Assembly: GCF_036731945.1 (NCBI RefSeq)
Contig: NZ_DAINDI010000011.1
Location: 9,592-60,478 of the forward strand
Length of the DNA stretch: 50,887 nucleotides
From: Psychrobacter sp.
GTDB lineage: Bacteria; Pseudomonadota; Gammaproteobacteria; Pseudomonadales; Moraxellaceae
Direction of reading: 5' to 3'
In this document: in pieces, positions 1-8,481 of the stretch
How positions within the stretch are numbered: position 1 is the stretch's first letter
Layout: the number at the start of each line of letters is the position of its first letter
Notes under the pieces: model-generated
Told to the model about the DNA's origin: nothing
Database searches by the model: none
Seen by the model: the letters and a program-made list of their open reading frames with translations, nothing else
Position numbers and translations under genes: made by a program

Positions 1-783
1 AACGCTGATAAACTGTCATCGTATGAGCCTTTGAGCGCAGCAGAGCTAGAACTGTTTGCCAGCCAGCAAGAGGATTGGCAACCATCCGGCAGCTTACAGA
101 GAACGAGCAGTAAAAGTAAAGGCGTTCATTTAGATTTTTCTGATGAAGATGAGCGTCTAGATATAAGTACAGCAACAACTAATAGAGACAACGTGTCTCA
201 TGACGCTATGGAAAAAGAGCAAGCATCTTTTTCCGGTACAGACTATGTAGATGATCCCAAGCGCCTTTCTGAAAGCTCTGACAGCATGCCAGGTTATGAT
301 TCCAAAAATTCTGATGAAAGTACTGACAACGACCATTTGGTAGCACAAAGTCCAACCCCACTCATTCTCTCAAAAAATAAAAAGCTGGCAAGTAGCAAAA
401 AACCGCTGATTATTGGCATGATTGTGGGCTCATTATTAATTGCTGCGGTGGTACTAGCCCTTATTTTTATGGGAGTCTTATCAACGTCAACCACAGCGCC
501 TGCACCTAAGGTGGTGGCATCTGATAACGCTGGCACGTCGAACGGTAGCCATAACAGCGAGAGTAATACCATAAATACAGCAACCCATAGTGCCGATAGC
601 AGCAATCAATCGACGGTAGATACCCAGCCCAATATAGCAAACAATGACATCAAAGGGGCTAATAATAAACAAGCCGCTGCTATCAATGATTCAGAAGATG
701 AATCGACGCCTGAGCCTGCGATCACATACGAGGACTTTAGAGAAGAGTCGCAAAATACGTTATACCGTGAGACCAATGATTAA
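1..783 (+). CDS. 3' part of a bitopic membrane protein (5' truncated by window edge): acidic low-complexity region, one TM helix, Ser/Thr/Asn linker, C-terminal DFREE..LYRE motif
   Basis: Frame is open from base 1. Basic patch KNKKLASSKK precedes hydrophobic PLIIGMIVGSLLIAAVVLALIFMGVL. Stop TAA at 781-783. Confidence 0.75.
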   Translation, partial: NADKLSSYEPLSAAELELFASQQEDWQPSGSLQRTSSKSKGVHLDFSDEDERLDISTATTNRDNVSHDAMEKEQASFSGTDYVDDPKRLSESSDSMPGYDSKNSDESTDNDHLVAQSPTPLILSKNKKLASSKKPLIIGMIVGSLLIAAVVLALIFMGVLSTSTTAPAPKVVASDNAGTSNGSHNSESNTINTATHSADSSNQSTVDTQPNIANNDIKGANNKQAAAINDSEDESTPEPAITYEDFREESQNTLYRETND

Positions 784-951
784 ACTGAGATAAAAGGGGA
801 TTTGAGCAACAAATCTGTATTTAAATACCGTTTATCTGTTAATTCGCACGCTCATCCCAAAAATCATTGCACAATATGGCAGTATTCGTATCATTATATA
901 AAAGACGCGGTGATATCGCGCTAATCCAATATATTGATAGGGTATCGACCT

Positions 952-1440
952 ATGAACAGCTCAACCAATGATATTCATTTTAATGGTGCAGTAAAATTTA
1001 CCAACAGTGATAAATCATCAAAGGGTGAGTTATTTAGCAATGCCAAATTCTTAAGCGTTATCGGTATCTTTTGCGCCGTATTCTTAGTTGTTGTATTCGC
1101 CTTCAATTATTTCCTTGTACAAGGGTCACAGACACAAAAAGTGATGAACGATGTTTCAGTTAATCAAGCGCCATCTACCAATCAAGCGCATGCGACAGTA
1201 GTCGCCAACCTTGAGCCTATTGAAAGACAACATGCACATCTAGAAGATAATGCACTAGCCAGTAAAACAGCACTTAGCGAAAATGACTTTAGACAAGAGG
1301 CACAAAGCATGCTGTTTCGCGATGAAGAGAAACAGCCTATAAGCTTACAAGCTGCCATAATAGAAGTGAACGCTGCCATCAGTAATGAGGATTTTAAAGT
1401 AGAAGCTGAGCAGGTGTTATACCGTGATGAGAGTAAGTGA
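952..1440 (+). CDS. Hypothetical bitopic membrane protein with two copies of the DF(R/K)xEAxxxL(Y/F)RD motif
   Basis: ATG at 952 chosen over the TTG at 934. TM segment FLSVIGIFCAVFLVVVFAFNYFLV. Internal peptide repeat. Confidence 0.75.
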   Translation: MNSSTNDIHFNGAVKFTNSDKSSKGELFSNAKFLSVIGIFCAVFLVVVFAFNYFLVQGSQTQKVMNDVSVNQAPSTNQAHATVVANLEPIERQHAHLEDNALASKTALSENDFRQEAQSMLFRDEEKQPISLQAAIIEVNAAISNEDFKVEAEQVLYRDESK

Positions 1441-1536
1441 CCGTCAATAGCATTGTCTAATTAACCTCAATCCTTGGTCTTAATTCACAAGACTTTATCA
1501 AAGATAATCTCATCAAAAAACACACCGCTAGTCAGA

Positions 1537-2337
1537 TTAATCTACCTTCACCGTATTTGCAGAAAAAAACGCTAACCACAGACGACGGCCTTCATCATTA
1601 AAGCGCCGTATCGTATCAAAACACTGCTGCCGTGCCGCCTCATCTACTAAAGGCGCAGGTAATAAAGGGTCAAATATCACACTACGGATACCGGCATCGC
1701 CAAGCATAAATACCTCGTGCAAAGCTGTATCCGCGCTCAAACTATCCTTATTCGCTAACCATTCATTCAATTGAGCAGACATCTCTTTATAGTGTGTTGC
1801 CAATTGCATATCTGACCACAGCGCCAAAGCCTTTTTTTGTCGCTGATCATCAAAATCGTCAGCCTTAAAGATGATGGCTTCTTTGCCTAATCCCAAATTT
1901 AATAAACGTTTGCGCACGCCATTTATACCGCCTTGTAGGTTATTTGGGCGTATATAAAGCCCTCTGTCCAGCTGACGAAATCCTAATAAGGATAAAGCGC
2001 GGTCACGAGCGCGGAGTATTTTACGATCACTGCGCGGCAAACCACCTGTTGCTACTGCTATCCACGAACCGTCTGATTTCATAGTTTTTGTATTGGACGT
2101 ATGCCATGAAGCCACATCATCGCCTAGTTTTTGTGCTTTAGGGCCTAATCGATAAGTCGCAGGTGCGATTGCCTCAGCAAGCTCTGCTTGGACTAAGCGT
2201 GCCATGGTGACACGAATGCTGTTTTCTGTGATACCAAATACCGTGCCTGCCAAAATAGCTTCACTAATATTAAGAGTATGGTTATCCGCTACCGTCAACA
2301 AGCGCATAATGAGCAGACGGGGACTGGGGTTATTCAT
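1537..2337 (-). CDS. PaaX-family transcriptional regulator
   Basis: N-terminal wHTH (FGITENSIRVTMARL...YRLG), central 'R.L..LGF..L..G.YIRP', C-terminal DPLLPAPL signature. Confidence 0.85.
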   Translation of the reverse strand: MNNPSPRLLIMRLLTVADNHTLNISEAILAGTVFGITENSIRVTMARLVQAELAEAIAPATYRLGPKAQKLGDDVASWHTSNTKTMKSDGSWIAVATGGLPRSDRKILRARDRALSLLGFRQLDRGLYIRPNNLQGGINGVRKRLLNLGLGKEAIIFKADDFDDQRQKKALALWSDMQLATHYKEMSAQLNEWLANKDSLSADTALHEVFMLGDAGIRSVIFDPLLPAPLVDEAARQQCFDTIRRFNDEGRRLWLAFFSANTVKVD

Positions 2338-2375
2338 ATTACATTCCTTGACGAAATAAACAGTATGATGTAATA
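2337..2375. promoter_or_regulatory. Putative PaaX-type operator, TATTACAT-N23-ATGTAATA, in the divergent promoter region
   Basis: Perfect 8-bp inverted repeat with a long spacer. It overlaps the regulator start/RBS and brackets a TTGACG hexamer. Confidence 0.55.
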
Positions 2376-2427
2376 CTAAGCGTTTTAAAATAGTAGATAT
2401 AAGCCAAAATCAAGGAAGATAGCAGTT

Positions 2428-4152
2428 ATGGCAACGACAAATCAATTTAATACGCATGAAGTCAATAATCAACCTTTTACGCTTGCGAACTATAACGCTT
2501 GGGTGACGGATATAGCGCTGATGGAAGCGGTCGCGCGCGAAGGAGCAGGGTGGGCGAAAGATCATTTAAGCGAGTTTGGTGCTCGTACTGGCGGTGATAT
2601 GATGGCTAGTGGCTTTTTAGCCAATGAAAACCCGCCTAAATTACGCGCGTTTGATAGTTATGGTCGCCGCTTAGATGAAGTTGAGTTTCATCCAGCCTAT
2701 CATGAGCTTATGACGGCTGGCGTGAAGTATGGGATGAATAACTTTGCTTGGCGCAATGAAAACCGCGAAAGCGCCCATGTAGCGCGCGCTGCTGTAATGT
2801 ACTTAGGTTCGCAGCCCGAGGCCGGTTTTGGTTGTCCGATGTCGATGAGCTATGCTGCCATTCCTGCTTTACGTCACACGCCGCAAATTGCAGAGAAATG
2901 GCTACCCAAATTATTATCGCAACAATACGATCCGCGTAGCTTGCCGATGGAGCAAAAACTCGGTTGTACCATGGGTATGGGCATGACTGAGAAGCAAGGT
3001 GGTTCGGATTTACGTCGCAATACCACGCGCGCAATACGCCAAGAAGATGCTACTTATGAAATCGTCGGTCATAAGTGGTTTTTCTCAGCGCCAATGTGTG
3101 ATGCGCACTTGGTGTTAGCGCAGTCTGAAAACGGCCTAAGTTGCTTCTTAGTGCCACGTTTTCGTCCTGATGGTACAAAAAACGCCGTTCGTATTCAGCG
3201 TCTTAAAGATAAGCTTGGTGACTGGGCAAATGCTTCATCAGAAGTCGAATTTCATGGCGCTTTTGGTGAATTGGTCGGCGTCGAAGGTCGCGGCATTGCC
3301 ACTATCATTGAAATGGTGGCGCTGACTCGGCTGGACTGCATGATTGGTTCTGCCGCCCAAATGCGTCAAGCGATTGTACAAGCCATTCATCACACCAGTC
3401 AGCGTGAAGCCTTTGGTAAATTACTGATTGACCAGCCGATTATGCGTAATGTGATTGCTGACTTGGCGCTAGAGTCGGAGGCAGCATTGGCACTGACGAT
3501 GCGCATCGCGCGCGCGGTAGGCATGATAGAAACCGACCCGCATGAAGCCGCCCTTGCACGCATTGCTACCGCGATTGGCAAATACTGGATATGCAAACGT
3601 ACGCCCGTGCTTATTAATGAAGCGCAAGAGTGCCTAGGTGGTAACGGCTACGTTGAAGAAAATATCCTGCCACGTCTCTACCGCCAAGCGCCCTTAAACT
3701 CCATTTGGGAGGGTAGTGGTAATGTGCAATGTTTAGATGTGCTGCGCGCCTTAAATAAAGAGCCTGAAACCCGTGATGCGCTATTCGCCGAGCTACAAAA
3801 AGCCGCTGGCAAAAACCAGCATTACGATGCTGAGCTTAGCCTGTTAGCAGCACGCTTTGATGACACTGCAACCTTAGAGTTTCGCAGTCGCTATGTGATT
3901 GAGCGCTTAGCATTGATGCTGCAGGCGTCCATTTTATTATCAAGCGCTCATCCAGAGATTGCAGAAGCATTTTGTCGTTCACGGCTTACAGGTGAGCATG
4001 GGCTTGCCTTTGGCACATTAAGTCCTGATGCACCAGTTGATCTGCTGATAAAGCGCGCTGCTGGCGCAACCGAAACGTTGCAAAATTTGCAGAAAAGTTT
4101 AGAGCAGTCATCAGTATCAACAGCGACTGATAACGACAGTATGATTGGCTAA
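2428..4152 (+). CDS. Acyl-CoA dehydrogenase, AidB-like family
   Basis: THEVNNQP N-terminus, GMGMTEKQGGSDLR, GHKWFFSAPMCDA, EAQECLGGNGYVEE, NSIWEGSGNVQCLD. Confidence 0.9.
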   Translation: MATTNQFNTHEVNNQPFTLANYNAWVTDIALMEAVAREGAGWAKDHLSEFGARTGGDMMASGFLANENPPKLRAFDSYGRRLDEVEFHPAYHELMTAGVKYGMNNFAWRNENRESAHVARAAVMYLGSQPEAGFGCPMSMSYAAIPALRHTPQIAEKWLPKLLSQQYDPRSLPMEQKLGCTMGMGMTEKQGGSDLRRNTTRAIRQEDATYEIVGHKWFFSAPMCDAHLVLAQSENGLSCFLVPRFRPDGTKNAVRIQRLKDKLGDWANASSEVEFHGAFGELVGVEGRGIATIIEMVALTRLDCMIGSAAQMRQAIVQAIHHTSQREAFGKLLIDQPIMRNVIADLALESEAALALTMRIARAVGMIETDPHEAALARIATAIGKYWICKRTPVLINEAQECLGGNGYVEENILPRLYRQAPLNSIWEGSGNVQCLDVLRALNKEPETRDALFAELQKAAGKNQHYDAELSLLAARFDDTATLEFRSRYVIERLALMLQASILLSSAHPEIAEAFCRSRLTGEHGLAFGTLSPDAPVDLLIKRAAGATETLQNLQKSLEQSSVSTATDNDSMIG

Positions 4153-4207
4153 CGTTAATAAAGATTGAGAAAGATAAGATGGTTTCGAGTATAGAGATTT
4201 TATAATT

Positions 4208-4259
4208 AAAGCCGTGATGCCACACAACGAATAGCATGGTGTGGCATCGACGGCTTTTT
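4208..4259 (+). terminator. Probable intrinsic terminator after the acyl-CoA dehydrogenase
   Basis: AAAGCCGT-GATGCCACAC...GTGTGGCATC-G-ACGGCTTTTT hairpin with T tail. Confidence 0.7.
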
Positions 4260-4311
4260 GAACTATTATCCTTTAATGAAAGCCATAGCTAGCAAGACTC
4301 CCAGAGTGCTT

Positions 4312-4339
4312 ATTTAACATAATATACATTATGCGAAAA
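4312..4339 (-). other. dif: Chromosomal dif site (XerC/XerD recombination site)
   Basis: Minus strand reads TTTTCGCATAA-TGTATA-TTATGTTAAAT. The XerD arm and 6-bp core are identical to E. coli dif (GGTGCGCATAATGTATATTATGTTAAAT). Intergenic. Confidence 0.93.
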
Positions 4340-4503
4340 CAAACCAACGGTTTTAAGAATTGTGTGTCATATTTTTATCCAGCACTATTTGTAATTACTG
4401 TCATTCGTTTGCAGCCAAACTTAAATATCTACAATATTCATCTTCGCATTTAATATTAATACCAGCACCGACTTTAAAGCTCCATTTAAAACTTCAGTGT
4501 CAG

Positions 4504-4989
4504 CTAACGACAATGCTCTAGCAAATACTCGCGCAAAGATTTTCCATCCTCATCTAGGATCACATCCGTCACTTGACAAGCCACGTCATTATCAACGCTC
4601 TTACATGACAGTTCATAATACACATCATTGCCTTGTGCCAAGCTGACTTGCACCAATCCTTGCTCGGTCACTGCAAACTGCTTATCTTGCTCATAATCAG
4701 GATCTTGCGAACTCCATAAAACATCGTAACCGATATGACAAGACATTTGCTCTCTATCAAAATAATCTCGCTCAAGCTCCATGGCCGCTTTTAGCTCTGG
4801 GTTGCCATATTGGTGTAAAACCACTGGATAATCCTGACCCTGATTATCGATATCTTGTTTGTACATATCTGCGATGGTCTTGACTTTCATGGCAAACGTC
4901 GCCTGCATTGCCTCTGTTAGATTGGCGGTCGCAGACATGGCAAAAAACCCTATGATTAACATCATGATAGAAAATATTGTTTTCTGCAT
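4504..4989 (-). CDS. Exported hypothetical protein
   Basis: GGAG RBS before ATG at 4989. Signal peptide MQKTIFSIMMLIIGFFAMSATA. Four Cys and a 'C.IGYDVLWSSQDPD' segment loosely reminiscent of DUF3828/YbjP-like proteins. Confidence 0.7.
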   Translation of the reverse strand: MQKTIFSIMMLIIGFFAMSATANLTEAMQATFAMKVKTIADMYKQDIDNQGQDYPVVLHQYGNPELKAAMELERDYFDREQMSCHIGYDVLWSSQDPDYEQDKQFAVTEQGLVQVSLAQGNDVYYELSCKSVDNDVACQVTDVILDEDGKSLREYLLEHCR

Positions 4990-5243
4990 GGCGCTCTCCA
5001 TCGACTACAACATATGATGTATTATATTCATAAAAAAGAATATAAACTATCATTTTACGCTATTATTATGTCAATTAAGCTTTTAAACCAAAACCCCGTT
5101 TACACAGCAACATTATCAACTTTGGGCAGTTATGAGTACTATTGATAAATAATCGCTACTGATAAGCGAACACCGATGTAAACCAGTAATAACCTAGGTT
5201 TCAAGCTATTCTAATTTTAATAAGCTACGATAAGGATATTTTT

Positions 5244-5918
5244 ATGATGGCATCATCTCGTTTTAATATTTTTCAGTCAGGTTTGTATAAATTAACCACT
5301 GCTGCGTGCTTTGCTTCCATACTTGTCGCGACTGGCTGCTCATCTTCCGCTGAGTCTAGCGTCAAAATACCCAGCCAACAAAATGGCAACACCTCAGCAC
5401 CCGTTATCTCCGATATGAGCCAGCAAACACTTAGGCAGCAAGCTTTACGTATCCAGCGTGCCCTAGCGAACAACGACTTTGCGCGCATTACCAACGACAT
5501 TCATCCGACGCGCGGCGTGCGTTTTTCCATGTATGCCTATGTGCGCCCTGAGACCGATAAAGTCTTTAGCCGCGAGCAGTTTGCGCAGTACTTACAACAA
5601 TCTAACATCCGCTTTACTTGGGGTGAACGTGATGGCTCTGGTGAGCCGTTAGTGATTCCGCTCCCAGAATACTTGGAAACGTGGGTCGATGGCGATACCT
5701 ATAACAATGCCAGTATCAGCGTTAACGAGTTTAAGCACAGTGGCAATATGATTAATAATTTAAAAGAAATTTACCCCAATTCCGAGTTTGTTGAGTTTTA
5801 TCATAAAGGCTCAGAGCAATACTCTGGTATGGACTGGCGTATCCTACGCTTAGTGTTTGATGAGTACCAAGGCAAGCGCTATTTGGTCGCTATCGTCAAT
5901 GAACAATGGACGGTTTAA
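5244..5918 (+). CDS. Hypothetical lipoprotein
   Basis: AAGGA RBS, lipobox-like VATGC, globular domain HPTRGVRFSMYAYV...GMDWRILRLVF...EQWTV. Confidence 0.8.
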   Translation: MMASSRFNIFQSGLYKLTTAACFASILVATGCSSSAESSVKIPSQQNGNTSAPVISDMSQQTLRQQALRIQRALANNDFARITNDIHPTRGVRFSMYAYVRPETDKVFSREQFAQYLQQSNIRFTWGERDGSGEPLVIPLPEYLETWVDGDTYNNASISVNEFKHSGNMINNLKEIYPNSEFVEFYHKGSEQYSGMDWRILRLVFDEYQGKRYLVAIVNEQWTV

Positions 5919-6071
5919 ATAATTTTTAGCTATAAAAACAAGCGCTTACAGTCATAAAAGCCAACAATAATGGGCAGTGCTATTAAGTCAACACACCGCC
6001 CTTTTCATCTGTTTTCTAAGCTATTAAACGGATAATTAAGACATTAGCGACTGAAAAATCCGTAGAAATAT

Positions 6072-6497
6072 TTATAAACTGAGTAAACATTGATGATTTT
6101 TATAGGTCATATAGAAGGTAGTAGCAGTACCCTTATCCTCTTTGCTTTCATATACTGGATAATCATACGCTTCCTCAAAAACGCCCTTATAACTGTCTAG
6201 TTTATCCATACCTTTTGTCGTTAAATCCGATTTGTTGTTTATATTCATTAAATGATAAATGTCGCTATAATCAACCCCTTTTTGTCTCATCTCCATAATA
6301 TTGAAAGCAAAAGCTGACTGAGTTGAACAAAAATCTTCATTATCAGGTATATTTTTGACTTTATCGAGTGTTGAATCTATATATACTCCTAATTCTTGCA
6401 GCTCTTTAGGATATTGTGAGGGCGCATTAATAGCATAGGCCGGATGCGTTATCAGCAAAGCATAAATTAAAATTAGCAATTTTTTCATGAAATTCAT
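6072..6497 (-). CDS. Exported hypothetical protein, visibly AT-rich
   Basis: Signal peptide MKKLLILIYALLITHPAYA. Start at 6497 or 6488. Confidence 0.65.
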   Translation of the reverse strand: MNFMKKLLILIYALLITHPAYAINAPSQYPKELQELGVYIDSTLDKVKNIPDNEDFCSTQSAFAFNIMEMRQKGVDYSDIYHLMNINNKSDLTTKGMDKLDSYKGVFEEAYDYPVYESKEDKGTATTFYMTYKNHQCLLSL

Positions 6498-6548
6498 ATT
6501 CTCGTAAGTATGGTTTTTTCTAATCACTTTTACCAAGACAACTTTCAT

Positions 6549-7292
6549 TCAAAGCGGCGTTTGGCGAAAAAACTTCACCATTATGTCGTAAATATCAGGA
6601 TAAGCATCAATCAGCTTTTGCGGCGTTTCAAAAAACACCTCACTCAGTACCGCAAAAAACTCCGCAGGATTGGTCGCGCCATAACGGTCGAGACCTGATT
6701 TGTGATGGCTTTGAAAATCCTCAAAATCTCGCGTCATAATTTCAGTCCAGCGCGCAGGATCCATATCGGGTTGCAGCGGCGGAAAGCCATTGGCACGACC
6801 ATTTAGCATATCAAGCTTATGGACAAACTCATGAATGACGACGTTATGACCATCGCGCTCGCCTGAGTGTTTGGCATCCTTCCATGACAGAATGACAGGC
6901 CCGCGCAGCCACGCTTCGCCGCTACGGTGCTGACTGCCCTCATGGACAACCCCCAACTCATCGACAGTGGTGGTTTCGCTTTTGTAGGAACCTGAATAAA
7001 TAATAATGGCCGACCAGCCAGCGTACCACTCAAGGCTTAGGTTTAAAATAGGCAGGCAAGCTTGTAAGGCGATAGATTGCCTAACCGCATCGGTAATCTC
7101 GAAACCCTGCGCGCCAGTAATCGACTTATCCGCCAAAAACAACGTCGCCAGCTCAAACAGACGTATTAGCTCATCCTCGTCTAGCCTATCAAGTATCACA
7201 ATACGCTTAGCCGCTTGCAGCCAGTCAGCATGGGTAAACTCGCTGTTGTCCAATATGCGCTGCTCGCGCCAGTCTTTTATCATGCTAAACAT
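6549..7292 (-). CDS. mtfA: MtfA / peptidase M90 family zinc metallopeptidase
   Basis: GEAW..GPVILSW, DGHNVVIHEFVHKLD (HExxH), YGATNPAEFFAVLSEVFFE. Confidence 0.88.
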   Translation of the reverse strand: MFSMIKDWREQRILDNSEFTHADWLQAAKRIVILDRLDEDELIRLFELATLFLADKSITGAQGFEITDAVRQSIALQACLPILNLSLEWYAGWSAIIIYSGSYKSETTTVDELGVVHEGSQHRSGEAWLRGPVILSWKDAKHSGERDGHNVVIHEFVHKLDMLNGRANGFPPLQPDMDPARWTEIMTRDFEDFQSHHKSGLDRYGATNPAEFFAVLSEVFFETPQKLIDAYPDIYDIMVKFFRQTPL

Positions 7293-7389
7293 AGTGAATT
7301 TCCTTTAATTTTGTCGTTAGACTGTGCTTTTTATTATTGGCGTTATGTGTTTTTAATGGGTTAAGTGATGCTGACAATAAGCCTATTTA

Positions 7390-8382
7390 TCAAGATTCTA
7401 ACGACAACATATTCATAATTAATTTAATTAAGGTTTCTTTTTGGTTGGGGTCAGACTCAGCGACCAACAACGTTAATGCGGCAAGGCCTGTGTTATTAAT
7501 AACCATGTCACCTTTATCATTGAGCAGTCGATTATTACGATGCAGAAAATCCACAAACAAAAAAGCGCCGCTGCGTTTATTGCCATCGGTAAAAGGATGA
7601 TTTTTGACCATAAAGTACAGTAAGTGCGCCGCTTTACTCTCGATGGTCGGGTATGCAGGCTCGCCAAACACCGTCTGCTCTAAATTACCCAGTACACTGT
7701 CCAACCCGTCACCGCGAGGCTTAGCAAATAGCTCAGTCGCCTCACCTCTATCTATCAGCTGCGCTTTTAAATCCGTCAGCGCTGCCATCGCCTCAGTTGG
7801 ACTGGGTAAGATACCGCCCTCTTGCCCTGCAGGATTATCAAGTAATCCTTCGTCATAGCGCTGTAACCATAAGAATGTCTGTGTGTAACGGCTGATAATC
7901 TCAACCAAGCCACGGCCTTCATCAGTTTTAAGCTCGGGACTTTGCGCGGTTTTTCGAATTAAATTTAACGCTTGTTGTAGCTCGCTTGAGTTTTTATCAA
8001 AGCGCTCTTGATTGAGCGTGTAGCCTTGAACTAAGTATTCTCGTAAGCGCTGAGTTGCCCAGCGTCTAAACTGCACACCTTGGGGAGATTTGATGCGATA
8101 ACCCACTGAGATAACCACATCTAAGTCATAAAAAGTCACAGGGCGATCAGAATTTGCAATATGCATTTTTTGCATATTGCTTTTTTCAGCAATTTCTTCA
8201 TCGTTTATAGCATTGGCAATATGACGCGAAATCACTGATTGGTCACGACCAAACAACTTGGTCATTTGTGCTTGCGTAAGCCAGACAGTCTCTTGCTCGA
8301 AGCGAACGTCTACCTGCGCCTCTCCATCAGCGCTTTCATATATCTCTACTTTTGCCACGTCATCATTCATAACGTTAATCAT
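7390..8382 (-). CDS. RhuM / Fic-Doc family protein
   Basis: RhuM-like N-terminus (ETVWLTQAQM..LF, YDLDVVISVGYRIKS..G.QFRRWAT) fused to a Fic/Doc domain with HPFTDGNKRSG. GGGGAG RBS before ATG at 8382. Confidence 0.88.
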   Translation of the reverse strand: MINVMNDDVAKVEIYESADGEAQVDVRFEQETVWLTQAQMTKLFGRDQSVISRHIANAINDEEIAEKSNMQKMHIANSDRPVTFYDLDVVISVGYRIKSPQGVQFRRWATQRLREYLVQGYTLNQERFDKNSSELQQALNLIRKTAQSPELKTDEGRGLVEIISRYTQTFLWLQRYDEGLLDNPAGQEGGILPSPTEAMAALTDLKAQLIDRGEATELFAKPRGDGLDSVLGNLEQTVFGEPAYPTIESKAAHLLYFMVKNHPFTDGNKRSGAFLFVDFLHRNNRLLNDKGDMVINNTGLAALTLLVAESDPNQKETLIKLIMNMLSLES

Positions 8383-8481
8383 CTCAGCTCTCCCCAATCC
8401 AAATACAAATACTTGCGCTGTGGCTATTATTCTTAATAGGCAAATCATACAGCGACTGCATGACAGAGTACATAACAATGA

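Noticed and set aside
5049..5076. TTATGTCAATT resembling a XerD arm (possible second dif/pdif)
   Set aside because: Only 9 of 11 match, no XerC arm at the 6-bp spacing, and the context is AT-rich.
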